Below, piece after piece: positions 55,413-64,000 of a stretch of 64,000 nt of DNA. The notes beneath the pieces were generated by a model, which was not told where the DNA came from, did not search any database, and saw nothing but the letters and a program-made list of their open reading frames with translations. The DNA is from Candidatus Moraniibacteriota bacterium (lineage in GTDB: Bacteria > Patescibacteriota > Minisyncoccia > Moranbacterales > GCA-2747515). The position numbers and the translations under genes were made by a program. Positions within the stretch are counted from its first letter, which is position 1. Each line of letters opens with the position of its first letter. Location: contig JALVQA010000009.1 of the NCBI GenBank assembly GCA_027031495.1, positions 16,898 to 80,897 of the forward strand, read 5' to 3'.

Positions 55413-56546
55413 CTACGCATCCAAAACAGCAATGCCAGGCAAAGTCTTACCCGCCATAAACTCCAAGAGCGCGCCACCGCCTGTGGAAACAAAATCTATA
55501 GCATCCACTGCATCATAGTACTCCAATGCTTCTAGAGATTCGCCGCCACCAACAACAGTAAAGGCATCTGTTTGTGTAAGTGCCTTCACAATACGCTCCG
55601 TACCGCGTGCGTATTCGTCTTTTTCATACCATCCCATAGGGCCGTTCCATATAACGGTACGCGCACGCATAATGTGTTCAACAAACACATCGCATGTTGC
55701 CGGCCCAATGTCAAAGCGATCACCTACAAAATCCGTCGGCAATACAACGCGCTCTGAAAAAGAAATGTTTTCATCAATAGCTTCATTGGCAATTTTACCA
55801 CCAACGAGGATTGTGTCATACAGCGGCTCAAGTGCGCGAATAAACGGCAGTTTTGTTGCAATTTTCGCACCACCAATTACTGCAACCGCTGGGTGCTCCG
55901 GTGCTGTACGCACACGTGAAAGCGTGGCAACTTCCTGCGCAAGTTGCTCGCCGGCATACGACGGTAACACACACGCAAGCTCAACCACTGACGCATGCAT
56001 GCGATGCGACACGCTAAAAGCATCATTAACGTAAATGTCAAAATTGCGCGCAATGTCACGCGCAAAAGCCATGCGCTCTGCAGTATCATCTGCTGTTTCT
56101 CCCCTATAAAAACGCACATTTTCCAGAAGAACTAGTGATCCAGCTGCACTGCCATCGAGAATATCACGCACATGTTCACCTGTGCACGCATCAGCAAAAA
56201 CAACAGAGCGTCCTAAAATACGTGCAATATCATCTGTTAGTTGTGCCATGGAAAGCTCTCTCGTGTAATATGCGCCGGCATGTGCACTCTCGGATATCGC
56301 CTCATCTCCCTCTTCCTTACCACTTTGCGCACGCTGTTGTTCACACGCCTTACGTGGACGACCAAGATGCCCAAGAAGTGCAACATGCGCACCAGCATCA
56401 CACAAAAAATCAACTGTTCTCTTGAGTGATGCAATGCGAAACTTTTGCTTTGTATCACCATCTTTAATCGGCACATTGAGCGGTGCGCGTACAACAACGC
56501 GCTTGCCAGCAAGATCAGCTGACGCAAGAGAAGAGAGAAGACGCAT
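55413..56546 (-). CDS. pgk: Phosphoglycerate kinase
   Basis: HLGRP, LLENVRF, NDAF..SHR.HAS, GGAK, WNGP.G, GGG, STGGGA. Confidence 0.93.
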   Translation of the reverse strand: MRLLSSLASADLAGKRVVVRAPLNVPIKDGDTKQKFRIASLKRTVDFLCDAGAHVALLGHLGRPRKACEQQRAQSGKEEGDEAISESAHAGAYYTRELSMAQLTDDIARILGRSVVFADACTGEHVRDILDGSAAGSLVLLENVRFYRGETADDTAERMAFARDIARNFDIYVNDAFSVSHRMHASVVELACVLPSYAGEQLAQEVATLSRVRTAPEHPAVAVIGGAKIATKLPFIRALEPLYDTILVGGKIANEAIDENISFSERVVLPTDFVGDRFDIGPATCDVFVEHIMRARTVIWNGPMGWYEKDEYARGTERIVKALTQTDAFTVVGGGESLEALEYYDAVDAIDFVSTGGGALLEFMAGKTLPGIAVLDA

Positions 56547-56554
56547 ATTTTTTC

Positions 56555-56890
56555 CTATTTAAGAATATGATATGAGAACCAGTTAACAACTGTAAGTAAC
56601 AGTGATACCGCAAGAGCGCTCCAGAAACTTGCAATTGCAAATCCCTCAACAAAACTTGCAAGCAAAAGAAGCATTGCTGCATTGATAACAAAGAGGAATA
56701 ACCCAAGCGTCAAAATCGTAATCGGCAATGTCAAAAAAACAAGAATGGGACGCACAGTAATATTAAGTAAGCCAAGCAAAATTGCAACAACAAGCGCAAT
56801 ATAAAATGATGTTACCGTAACACCGGGAATAAGCTTTGTTGCCACAAGTAATGTTAGCGCAACAATAATAAGACGCAAAAGAAAAAACAT
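56555..56890 (-). CDS. 4-TM 'phage holin family' (YvlD-like) membrane protein
   Basis: LGLLN..VRPIL..LTLP...LTLGLF..VINA. Confidence 0.85.
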   Translation of the reverse strand: MFFLLRLIIVALTLLVATKLIPGVTVTSFYIALVVAILLGLLNITVRPILVFLTLPITILTLGLFLFVINAAMLLLLASFVEGFAIASFWSALAVSLLLTVVNWFSYHILK

Positions 56891-56927
56891 AAAAAAAATT
56901 TTTTAATTTTTATAACACATCAAACTA

Positions 56928-58193
56928 CTAGAATTTTTCGTAGTCACGCATCACCATCTGTCCCTGTATTTGCTTGATCATGTCAATGACAACAGATACA
57001 ACAATGAGAATACTTGTACCGCCGACGGTCAACGCCTGAATTTGCGTCATCTCCTGCACAATCAACGGCAACACTGCAACAATGCCAAGAAATGTGGCGC
57101 CGGCGAGTGTGATACGATTCATAATCCTGTGTAAATACTCCTCCGTTTGATGACCAGGACGCACACCGGGAATATATCCACCCTGCTTTTGCAGATTTTC
57201 AGCAATCTTCTTTGGATCAAAAATAATTGCAGTGTAAAAATATGCAAAAACAATAACAAGAATAAAGTAAATTAAACCGTATAAAAGTCTGTTCTGAAAA
57301 AATGCATTAACCGCTTGCGCTATCGCGGCGACTGTTTCATTTGGCGCATTCACAAGTGCGCCGGCAACTACACTCGGGAAAAGAACAATGGAAATTGCGA
57401 AAATAATCGGAATAACACCGGCCTGATTAACACGCAGTGGCAGGTGTGAAGATCCTCTGTTAACACCGCCGCGCATGCCTTTGGCATATGCAATCGGAAT
57501 ATTGCGCTGTGCCTCCGTCATAAAGACAACACCTACAATCGTCAGCAGCGCGACAGCAATGAAAAGCACATATGTAAAGAGTTCTGTTGTCTGAAACTCT
57601 GAAAAGAATCTACTCAAACTTGATGGTAGCGCCGCAACAATACCGGCAAAAATAAGAATTGACACACCATTACCAATCTTCTTCTCTGTAATAAGCTCGC
57701 CAAGCCACATAAGGAAAATTGTACCGGCTGTTGCCGTAATCATCATGAGAATAATGTCAAAACTACTCTCTACAACAATCACACCCTGCGAACGCAAGAG
57801 TGTCAACATACCGAATGTCTGCAGTAACGCAAACGGCACTGTAAGCCAGCGCGTAATCTGTGTAAATTTTTGACGCCCCACTTCACCCTCTTCTTTATTC
57901 AGTTTCTCCAGTGACGGCACAATCATCTGCAACAGTTGCATCACAATAGACGCTGTGATGTACGGTCCAAGACCTAACAGTACGATAGAAATATTTGACA
58001 ATCCACCACCAGAAAATATATTTACCATGCCGAGGAGTTGATTGTCTGACAGAAACGATTCCAATCGTGCAGGGTCAACACCCGGCAACGGAATATTTGC
58101 AGCAATGCGAAAAACAAACAAAAGCGCCAAGATGAAGAAAATCTTATTGCGAATATCTTTCACGCGAAAAACATCAAGTACATGCTTAAACAT
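56928..58193 (-). CDS. secY: Preprotein translocase subunit SecY
   Basis: LG..PYITASI..QLL, WLGE.IT...IGNG.S..IFAG, AGVIP.IFA, IPGVRPG, GGTS.LI.V.V. Confidence 0.97.
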   Translation of the reverse strand: MFKHVLDVFRVKDIRNKIFFILALLFVFRIAANIPLPGVDPARLESFLSDNQLLGMVNIFSGGGLSNISIVLLGLGPYITASIVMQLLQMIVPSLEKLNKEEGEVGRQKFTQITRWLTVPFALLQTFGMLTLLRSQGVIVVESSFDIILMMITATAGTIFLMWLGELITEKKIGNGVSILIFAGIVAALPSSLSRFFSEFQTTELFTYVLFIAVALLTIVGVVFMTEAQRNIPIAYAKGMRGGVNRGSSHLPLRVNQAGVIPIIFAISIVLFPSVVAGALVNAPNETVAAIAQAVNAFFQNRLLYGLIYFILVIVFAYFYTAIIFDPKKIAENLQKQGGYIPGVRPGHQTEEYLHRIMNRITLAGATFLGIVAVLPLIVQEMTQIQALTVGGTSILIVVSVVIDMIKQIQGQMVMRDYEKF

Positions 58194-58277
58194 AGTTTTT
58201 ATAGAAGATAAAGAATAATATAACGATCAATGCTATTTGGCAATCGTCTTTACTATACCATACAACGCGCCAGTATG

Positions 58278-60596
58278 CTAAGTACTTTGTGGTGGAGGCG
58301 CCACAGAAGCATCATCTTTAATATCGTCAATCTTGACACTTAAGAGTCGCGACACACCATCTTGGTTCATTGTAACACCATAAAGTACTGATGCATGACG
58401 CATTGTTTCGCGATTATGCGTAATAGTAACAAACTGCGTTTTTTTAGAGAGTGCCTTAAGGATATTACCAAAACGACGCGCGTTGGACTCATCAAGTGCT
58501 GCCTCCACCTCATCCAACACAACAAACGGTGGCGGGTTAAAAGCAATAACAGCAAATAGTAATGCTAGTGACACGAGCGAGCGCTCACCGCCGGAAAGTT
58601 GCGCAAGACTATTTACGCGCTTACCCGGTGGTGTTGCGCTGATAGCAATACCAATTTGAACATCGTCATCTTTTTTTACAGTACTCTCGTCATCTTCTGT
58701 GACATCTTCGCTTGCTTGCACGTTCTGATGACGTGGCGCAAATGTCACTTTCTTCAAAGACGCTTTCCCACTGCCAAACATCATGCGGAAGTAGAGACCG
58801 AACTCGTTATTTATGAAGCTGAACGCTTTCTTAAATGCCTTATCAATTTCTTGGTCCATCTCTTTAATGACCGTCACTAAATCAACAATGGCACGTTGCA
58901 AATCATCATATTCTTGCGTTAAGAAATCGTATCGCTCCTGTGTTTCTTTATACTCATCAATAACCAATGGGTCAATTGTGCCAATGGATTCGTGTTGCAC
59001 CTTAAGACGCGCTACACGTTGCTCAAGGTGTGCCTCATCTTCTACCGGTTCGCATACGCACGCCTCAAGATCTTCCGGCGTCATATTGAGCTCTGTCATA
59101 ATGAGACGCTTCAAATCTTCTTCACGCACTTCCACGCGCGCAAGGCGAATTTTTGCTTCGTTATATGCGTCGCGTAAGGCATTGAGTGCACGTTCTTTGT
59201 CACGCAAAACACGTTCTTGTTCAAAAAATGCGGCGCGTGCGGCACGCTCTGCTGCCGCACCATCAGCGAGCTTTTTATCAACAGCCACCAAAGCCGCCTC
59301 ATACTTTGCAATACGCTCTTCTACGGTAGCACGTTTTTGTGTAATCGCGAGAATTTTTTCATCGCCTTCTTTGCGAATACGCTCTTTTTGTGCGCGCGTG
59401 TCAACTTCCACGCTACCACGCTCAACATCAGCATTCAATGACACAATGGCCTTGCGCGCTTTGGCAAGAGCATTTTTAAGAATCTCAACATTCATTTTTT
59501 CATTCTGCAGAACACTGTCTATATTTTTTGCCATTGTATCGAGATGTGCGCGCACATACTGCGAATCTACCGGTACGCGTGATTTAAGCGCTGCGATTTC
59601 TCGCGCGATACGCTCGCGCTCCAATGCCATATGTCCTTCAATAATCGCCAGCTCTTTGCGTGCAGCCGCAAGCTTATCACCGATAACACGCTTCTCTTTG
59701 AGAAGTTCCGCATCTCCCGCTGATGCGCGCGCTTCCATCTTTTGCGCCTGCATGCGCAATTCATGCGAAAGTGCATCCACTTCTTTCTGTGCACTTTGAA
59801 GTGCGGCATTACGCTGTTCAAGTTCTTTCAGTGCAGAAGACTGTTCTGTTTTAAATGCATTCCATCGCCATTGATAAAGTTGTTTCTGCCTCTCCGTGAG
59901 TTCCTTCGCAACATCTTCCGCCTTTGCCGCACGATCCGCTTGACGCTTCAGCATTTTTAAATGTGGCTCAATTTCCTGAATAAGACCCGCAACACGCTCA
60001 AGATTGACGCGCGTACTATCAAGTTTTGTTAACGCGCGTTGTTTCTTAATCTGAAATGGTCGCACACCGGCGGCATCCTCAATAATTCGCCGTCGGTCCA
60101 ATGGCGTTGCACTCAAGAATGCATCTGTCATGCCCTGTGTGATAATACTGTAACTTCCCTTACCAAGACCAATGTGTGCAAGCAAATCAACAACATCAAG
60201 GAGACGTGCTTTTGCACCGTTTATATGGTATTCTCCCGAACCATCACGATAGACTGTACGTGAGACAACCACATCACCAAACTCCACCGGCATGCTACCA
60301 TCCGTGTTGTCAAAGTAAAGCGCAACAGATGCTGTATTCATTTTACGTTGTGTACTACTACCGGCAAAAATAACGTCGTCAGACTTTTTTGAGCGCAGAC
60401 TTTTCATTGACTGCTCACCCATCACCCACCGAATTGCATCCGCCACATTTGATTTACCGCTACCATTTGGTCCAACAATTGCCGTAATGCCATAGTGTCG
60501 CGCACCGTTAATCGTGTGCATCGCCGCCGTAAAATCAATCGTCGTTTTCTGCGCAAATGACTTAAAGCCGTGTAATTCAATCTTTTTGAGAAACAT
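58278..60596 (-). CDS. smc: Short SMC ATPase (772 aa) with no recognisable hinge domain
   Basis: GFKSF, GPNGSGKSN, QG (Q-loop), LSGGE, LDEVEAALD, ITH; long coiled coils. Confidence 0.92.
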   Translation of the reverse strand: MFLKKIELHGFKSFAQKTTIDFTAAMHTINGARHYGITAIVGPNGSGKSNVADAIRWVMGEQSMKSLRSKKSDDVIFAGSSTQRKMNTASVALYFDNTDGSMPVEFGDVVVSRTVYRDGSGEYHINGAKARLLDVVDLLAHIGLGKGSYSIITQGMTDAFLSATPLDRRRIIEDAAGVRPFQIKKQRALTKLDSTRVNLERVAGLIQEIEPHLKMLKRQADRAAKAEDVAKELTERQKQLYQWRWNAFKTEQSSALKELEQRNAALQSAQKEVDALSHELRMQAQKMEARASAGDAELLKEKRVIGDKLAAARKELAIIEGHMALERERIAREIAALKSRVPVDSQYVRAHLDTMAKNIDSVLQNEKMNVEILKNALAKARKAIVSLNADVERGSVEVDTRAQKERIRKEGDEKILAITQKRATVEERIAKYEAALVAVDKKLADGAAAERAARAAFFEQERVLRDKERALNALRDAYNEAKIRLARVEVREEDLKRLIMTELNMTPEDLEACVCEPVEDEAHLEQRVARLKVQHESIGTIDPLVIDEYKETQERYDFLTQEYDDLQRAIVDLVTVIKEMDQEIDKAFKKAFSFINNEFGLYFRMMFGSGKASLKKVTFAPRHQNVQASEDVTEDDESTVKKDDDVQIGIAISATPPGKRVNSLAQLSGGERSLVSLALLFAVIAFNPPPFVVLDEVEAALDESNARRFGNILKALSKKTQFVTITHNRETMRHASVLYGVTMNQDGVSRLLSVKIDDIKDDASVAPPPQST

Positions 60597-60690
60597 GTAT
60601 TCTGTATTTAGGCAAATCACTAAGACGCCCAAGACCTCTAGGCGCGTATACGCCTATTGTACAGTATTTTGCATTAGATGCAAAAATGCA

Positions 60691-60909
60691 TCAAATTGGC
60701 TCTGGAAGCACTAAATTGCGCACTTCCGATGGCACATCACTGTTCGGCACTTGATGCAATTCACTACTTTTACGCTCAATAAAACCATAGAAAATTATGG
60801 TTGATATCATTAAAACAATGGCAATGATTAATTGGGAACAAGTAATGCGCATGCCATATTTCACAGACAACAACCATAATATTTCGTCAATTTTTTCTTT
60901 AATAAACAT
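60691..60909 (-). CDS. Small hypothetical membrane protein
   Basis: 72-aa AT-rich ORF starting 4 nt after the pilin stop; one hydrophobic segment. Confidence 0.45.
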   Translation of the reverse strand: MFIKEKIDEILWLLSVKYGMRITCSQLIIAIVLMISTIIFYGFIERKSSELHQVPNSDVPSEVRNLVLPEPI

Positions 60910-60912
60910 AAA

Positions 60913-61455
60913 TTAACGTGTCTTAAATGATCCTGTGCAATAATCATGATCTGGGCTTTTCCGAACATTATCCCACCCAAACCTATCACATATATCTATA
61001 TTATCGCGACCAACATAAGCATATAAGACAATAGCATTAAGAAAGTAACCACCGTGCCCTGCATACGTCGGCCAATAATACATAACCAAGCTATAATTAT
61101 CATTTATAGGTGATGGGGCAGCCCTTGTAAATGCATCAGCTCCAAATACAGCATCTATACGACTTTGGTATGCATTTGTTTCCCAATAACCACTTCCGCC
61201 CCAACAGTGTCCTGTTTTAGTGCGACCGACACACCCGCGCAAGTATGTAACATCATCTAATCCTCCGCTCTCTGCAACACCTTTTATTAGTCGTGATGCA
61301 TTTGATACATAAGCAATGTAACGAGCTTCCTTTGCCTTAAAACGTGCACTGGAAAGACTTACCAACACAATACTTGCAAGAATGCCAATAATGGCAATAA
61401 CAATGAGTAACTCAATGAGTGTAAATCCCTGTTTTTCTTTTTGTATTTTGGCCAT
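60913..61455 (-). CDS. Type IV pilin-like protein
   Basis: [23 protein letters not shown] class III signal peptide; Cys pairs in the C-domain. Confidence 0.92.
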   Translation of the reverse strand: MAKIQKEKQGFTLIELLIVIAIIGILASIVLVSLSSARFKAKEARYIAYVSNASRLIKGVAESGGLDDVTYLRGCVGRTKTGHCWGGSGYWETNAYQSRIDAVFGADAFTRAAPSPINDNYSLVMYYWPTYAGHGGYFLNAIVLYAYVGRDNIDICDRFGWDNVRKSPDHDYCTGSFKTR

Positions 61456-61498
61456 GTGTACATTATACAACAGACATTAAAAATAGTGACGCACGTCT

Positions 61499-62188
61499 CT
61501 ACTGCCACTGCATTGTGTCAAGTGCTGCCTGTGCTGCCGTACGTTGCGCTTCCTGCTTTGATCGCCCTGCACCTTTGGCGATGAGATCGTTACCAATGTA
61601 TGCACCTACAATAAAATTCTTGTCATGGTCTGGCCCGCTCTCGTCCAAAACTTCGTAATGTGGTGTTGTTCTACGGTGCTTTTGTGCTTGTTCTTGGAAA
61701 TAACTCTTTGGATCACGATAGAGTTTGTTTTCAATTACTTCGTCAAGATGAACGATGATGTGATTTAGAATAAAAGAGCGCGCGGCGTCATAGCCCTGAT
61801 CACGATAGATTGCACCGATAATTGCCTCAACCGCATTTGCCAGTATATGGTGACGTGCACGCGAATTGCTATCTTGCGCTTCACCCTTACTCATACGTAA
61901 AATATCATTAACACCCAATTCTTGTGCAACACGCGCTAACATATCAGTATTCACAAGCGATGCGCGCCATGCCGTCAGTTCACCTTCCGGATTGTTGTAG
62001 TGTGTATAGAGATAATCTGTTACAATAAGCTCCAAGACCGCATCGCCGAGAAACTCAAGGCGCTCATTGTGACCACGCTTGTACGTACGATCTTCATTAA
62101 GATATGAGCGGTGTGTCAACGCCTGCTCTAAAAGACCCTTATCATCAAATGCAACACCTATTCTCTGTGCAAATTCTTCAATTGTCAT
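61499..62188 (-). CDS. rnc: Ribonuclease III
   Basis: HNERLEFLGDAVL, EAIIGA, dsRBD GPDH.K.F. Confidence 0.97.
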   Translation of the reverse strand: MTIEEFAQRIGVAFDDKGLLEQALTHRSYLNEDRTYKRGHNERLEFLGDAVLELIVTDYLYTHYNNPEGELTAWRASLVNTDMLARVAQELGVNDILRMSKGEAQDSNSRARHHILANAVEAIIGAIYRDQGYDAARSFILNHIIVHLDEVIENKLYRDPKSYFQEQAQKHRRTTPHYEVLDESGPDHDKNFIVGAYIGNDLIAKGAGRSKQEAQRTAAQAALDTMQWQ

Positions 62189-62212
62189 ACTTACATATTC
62201 ATTTAAAAATCA

Positions 62213-62743
62213 TTACTCTGTGGCAGACATCTGCTCCCCATCTTCATGGTCCATGCCACCATGTTCTTTTTTCCACGCTTCACGACGCTCACGTCCTTTT
62301 TGCGCATCATCATCCTTCATTGGCTCACCCATTTCACGATAAATTGTACCTAGCACACCATTAACAAAACGCGGCGATGAATCACTTCCAAAATTTTTTG
62401 CAAGTTCAATTGCTTCGTTGATAGCAACTTTTGGCGGCACCGTCTCATAATCACCATAAACAAGTTCTGCAATGCCAATGCGCAAAACATTGCGATCAAC
62501 AATCGCAACCTGATCAAGCGGCCACTCCGGCGCACACTGTGTAATGAGTGCGTCAATTGATTCTTGATTATCAATCACTAATTGAATTAATTCCTTCGCA
62601 AAATCACACGACTCCACACCGGGCGCGAACTCTGCACAATTGCGCTGTATGTAAGTATCTAAAAGCTCATTTTTTTGCCCATTAAAATCCCACTCAAAGA
62701 GGGTTTGCATTGCAATACTTCTTTGCAGATGTCGGTTTGCCAT
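62213..62743 (-). CDS. nusB: Transcription antitermination factor NusB
   Basis: [26 protein letters not shown]. Confidence 0.96.
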   Translation of the reverse strand: MANRHLQRSIAMQTLFEWDFNGQKNELLDTYIQRNCAEFAPGVESCDFAKELIQLVIDNQESIDALITQCAPEWPLDQVAIVDRNVLRIGIAELVYGDYETVPPKVAINEAIELAKNFGSDSSPRFVNGVLGTIYREMGEPMKDDDAQKGRERREAWKKEHGGMDHEDGEQMSATE

Positions 62744-62842
62744 AAACGTTGTTCAAAATTATATTTTATTGTTTTTTATATTTTCTTCTCTCGATTGCTT
62801 GTTAAGGAAACAAATAAAACCACATAGTGTGGCCTTATTTAA

Positions 62843-63016
62843 CTATGCTGTTTTTTTGAAAACAGCTGAGTAATCGCGTCCTTTGTAAATAGGGTGATCT
62901 GCAGAAATGCGATGCGATTGCGCACCATCCGCAGAAACGCTCTTGGGTTTTACAGCGTACTGCCCTTTACGATCACGACGGTGCTCTCTTGTGCGACGTT
63001 GTTTTGGTACTGTCAT
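62843..63016 (-). CDS. rpmF: 50S ribosomal protein bL32, cysteine-free form (missed by the ORF track, 57 aa)
   Basis: MTVPKQRRTREHRRDRKGQ...SHRI...YKGR; located directly upstream of nusB-rnc. Confidence 0.85.
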   Translation of the reverse strand: MTVPKQRRTREHRRDRKGQYAVKPKSVSADGAQSHRISADHPIYKGRDYSAVFKKTA

Positions 63017-63053
63017 TGCCTTCTGATATTAACTAAAAACTTTTAAATATCGC

Positions 63054-63150
63054 CATAGCGAGAAAGTGTTTGCGTATATAGCGCCGTAGCGCTGCATAAC
63101 AACGCATACACCAAACACGCAGTTTCTCACCTGCTATACACACTCTACCA
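63054..63150 (-). promoter_or_regulatory. Promoter (TG-G-TAGAGT) and structured 5' leader of rpmF-nusB-rnc
   Basis: Nested stems UAGC/GCUA, GAGAAA/UUUCUC, GUGUUUG/CAAACAC, GUGUAU/AUAUAC, three-way junction, cUACGg tetraloop. Confidence 0.6.
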
Positions 63151-63999
63151 TTAGATTGCGCGTTTGGCAAGATGTACGACATCTCTGTAAACAGCCATAA
63201 GGTCTGCATAGTAGCGTTCATGAGTGAGGTTGGCGACACTTGCACGAGCGTTGGCGCTGATGCGCGCATCATCAATGTGCGGCAGCGCATCCAAGAGGCG
63301 CGTCAGCTTCTGCGTGTCTTGTGGCGGATAGAGAAATCCGTTCTCACCATGCACGATACGTTCTGTGACACCACCGCTGGCAGCGGCAACAACGATATTA
63401 CCAGCGGCAAGCGCCTCCAGCAGTGCGTATGGCGCATTCTCATACCACAGCGACGGCACAACGACGGCACGCGCCTTCTGTGTGAGCTCTGTCAGCGCCG
63501 CGCCACCAACAAATCCGGCAAACGTGATGCGTTCGGCACCGGGCAGTGTCCGCGCATACGCCATGAGCGCGTCTTTATCCGGTCCCGTACCGGCAACAAT
63601 GAGACGCGGCGCGCGCGAAGCAGCAAACGCATCCAACAGCACACGTACGCCCTTCTCATGCGAGAGTCGTCCGATGTAGAGGATGTAATCCTCGCGCTGA
63701 TACGCTGGTACGGCAAACTCTGCCGGCGATAGCGGCTGTGGCACATAGGTAATTTTTTGCGTGAAGCCGTGTCGCCGAGACATCTCAATGAGAAACCGGC
63801 TCGGAGCAATATAGCGATCAACTTTTGCATATGTACCGAGGAGCGCGTGCACATAGTGCTCAAGCGCACATACAGCACTTGCTGATATACTGTCGCGCAC
63901 ACACCGATCTCCCACGCAGTGCCACGGTGCGCGCTCCCACACTTTTCCGCGCACGAAGAGATTGTAGTTCGGCGAGATGTGCTTGTAGTCATGGAGCGT
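63151..63999 (-). CDS. GT4 glycosyltransferase, 5' end outside window
   Basis: TLHDY, GRLS.EKG, PSLWYEN.P..LLEA. Confidence 0.92.
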   Translation of the reverse strand, partial: TLHDYKHISPNYNLFVRGKVWERAPWHCVGDRCVRDSISASAVCALEHYVHALLGTYAKVDRYIAPSRFLIEMSRRHGFTQKITYVPQPLSPAEFAVPAYQREDYILYIGRLSHEKGVRVLLDAFAASRAPRLIVAGTGPDKDALMAYARTLPGAERITFAGFVGGAALTELTQKARAVVVPSLWYENAPYALLEALAAGNIVVAAASGGVTERIVHGENGFLYPPQDTQKLTRLLDALPHIDDARISANARASVANLTHERYYADLMAVYRDVVHLAKRAI

Positions 64000-64000
64000 C

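Noticed and set aside
56555..56890. Prophage suggested by 'phage holin family' gene
   Set aside because: YvlD-like family is common in housekeeping contexts; no phage genes nearby
1..64000. Alternative genetic code (TGA=Gly as in Gracilibacteria/Absconditabacteria)
   Set aside because: Conserved genes translate full length in code 11 and several end at TGA at the expected position (topA, mraY, sat)
1..64000. Impression that CCGG is over-represented (possible methylation or uptake motif)
   Set aside because: Cannot be quantified by eye; may reflect Ala/Thr/Pro-Gly codon pairs; needs a Markov-corrected k-mer count

Overview
A 64 kb bacterial chromosomal segment read with the standard code 11 (TGA is used as a stop). 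Most genes lie on the G/T-rich minus strand. Gene content and style suggest a Patescibacteria/CPR (Parcubacteria-like, possibly Moranbacteria) genome, which is an inference from the short Rel, short SMC, compact housekeeping genes, mostly SD-less A/T-rich start regions and a type IV pilin. Housekeeping blocks: pth-dprA-topA, rel, greA, mreB-mreC-mrdA, proS, mraY/DD-peptidase/scpAB, tyrS, secDF, pgk, secY, smc, rpmF-nusB-rnc. Accessory inserts: a UPF0489 hydrolase next to a 1117-aa multidomain protein, a 1453-aa DEAH helicase, an HD protein, a P3A H+-ATPase and several AT-rich orphans. A ~14 kb surface-glycan locus holds galE, an ALG10-like GT-C split by a frameshift, a DUF2079 GT-C, wecB, a GT2-GT4, a sulfotransferase-coiled-coil-GT4, sat/cysQ/cysC and wzm/wzt. 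No CRISPR array, rRNA, tRNA, transposase, integrase or reverse transcriptase was recognised. The most notable unexplained signals are: (1) a promoter-driven ~95-nt rod-shaped small RNA with an anti-Shine-Dalgarno loop between pth and dprA; (2) long G.U-rich structured 5' leaders on rpmF-nusB-rnc and greA; (3) a putative sulfate-capped, ruler-controlled glycan export system; (4) a bacterial ALG10-like glucosyltransferase; (5) an apparently hinge-less SMC; (6) a remodelled Sec pathway with a SecD carrying a permuted parvulin, a Met-rich SHOCT protein after secF, and a stand-alone secY. All family calls come from motif recognition by eye, not database searches.
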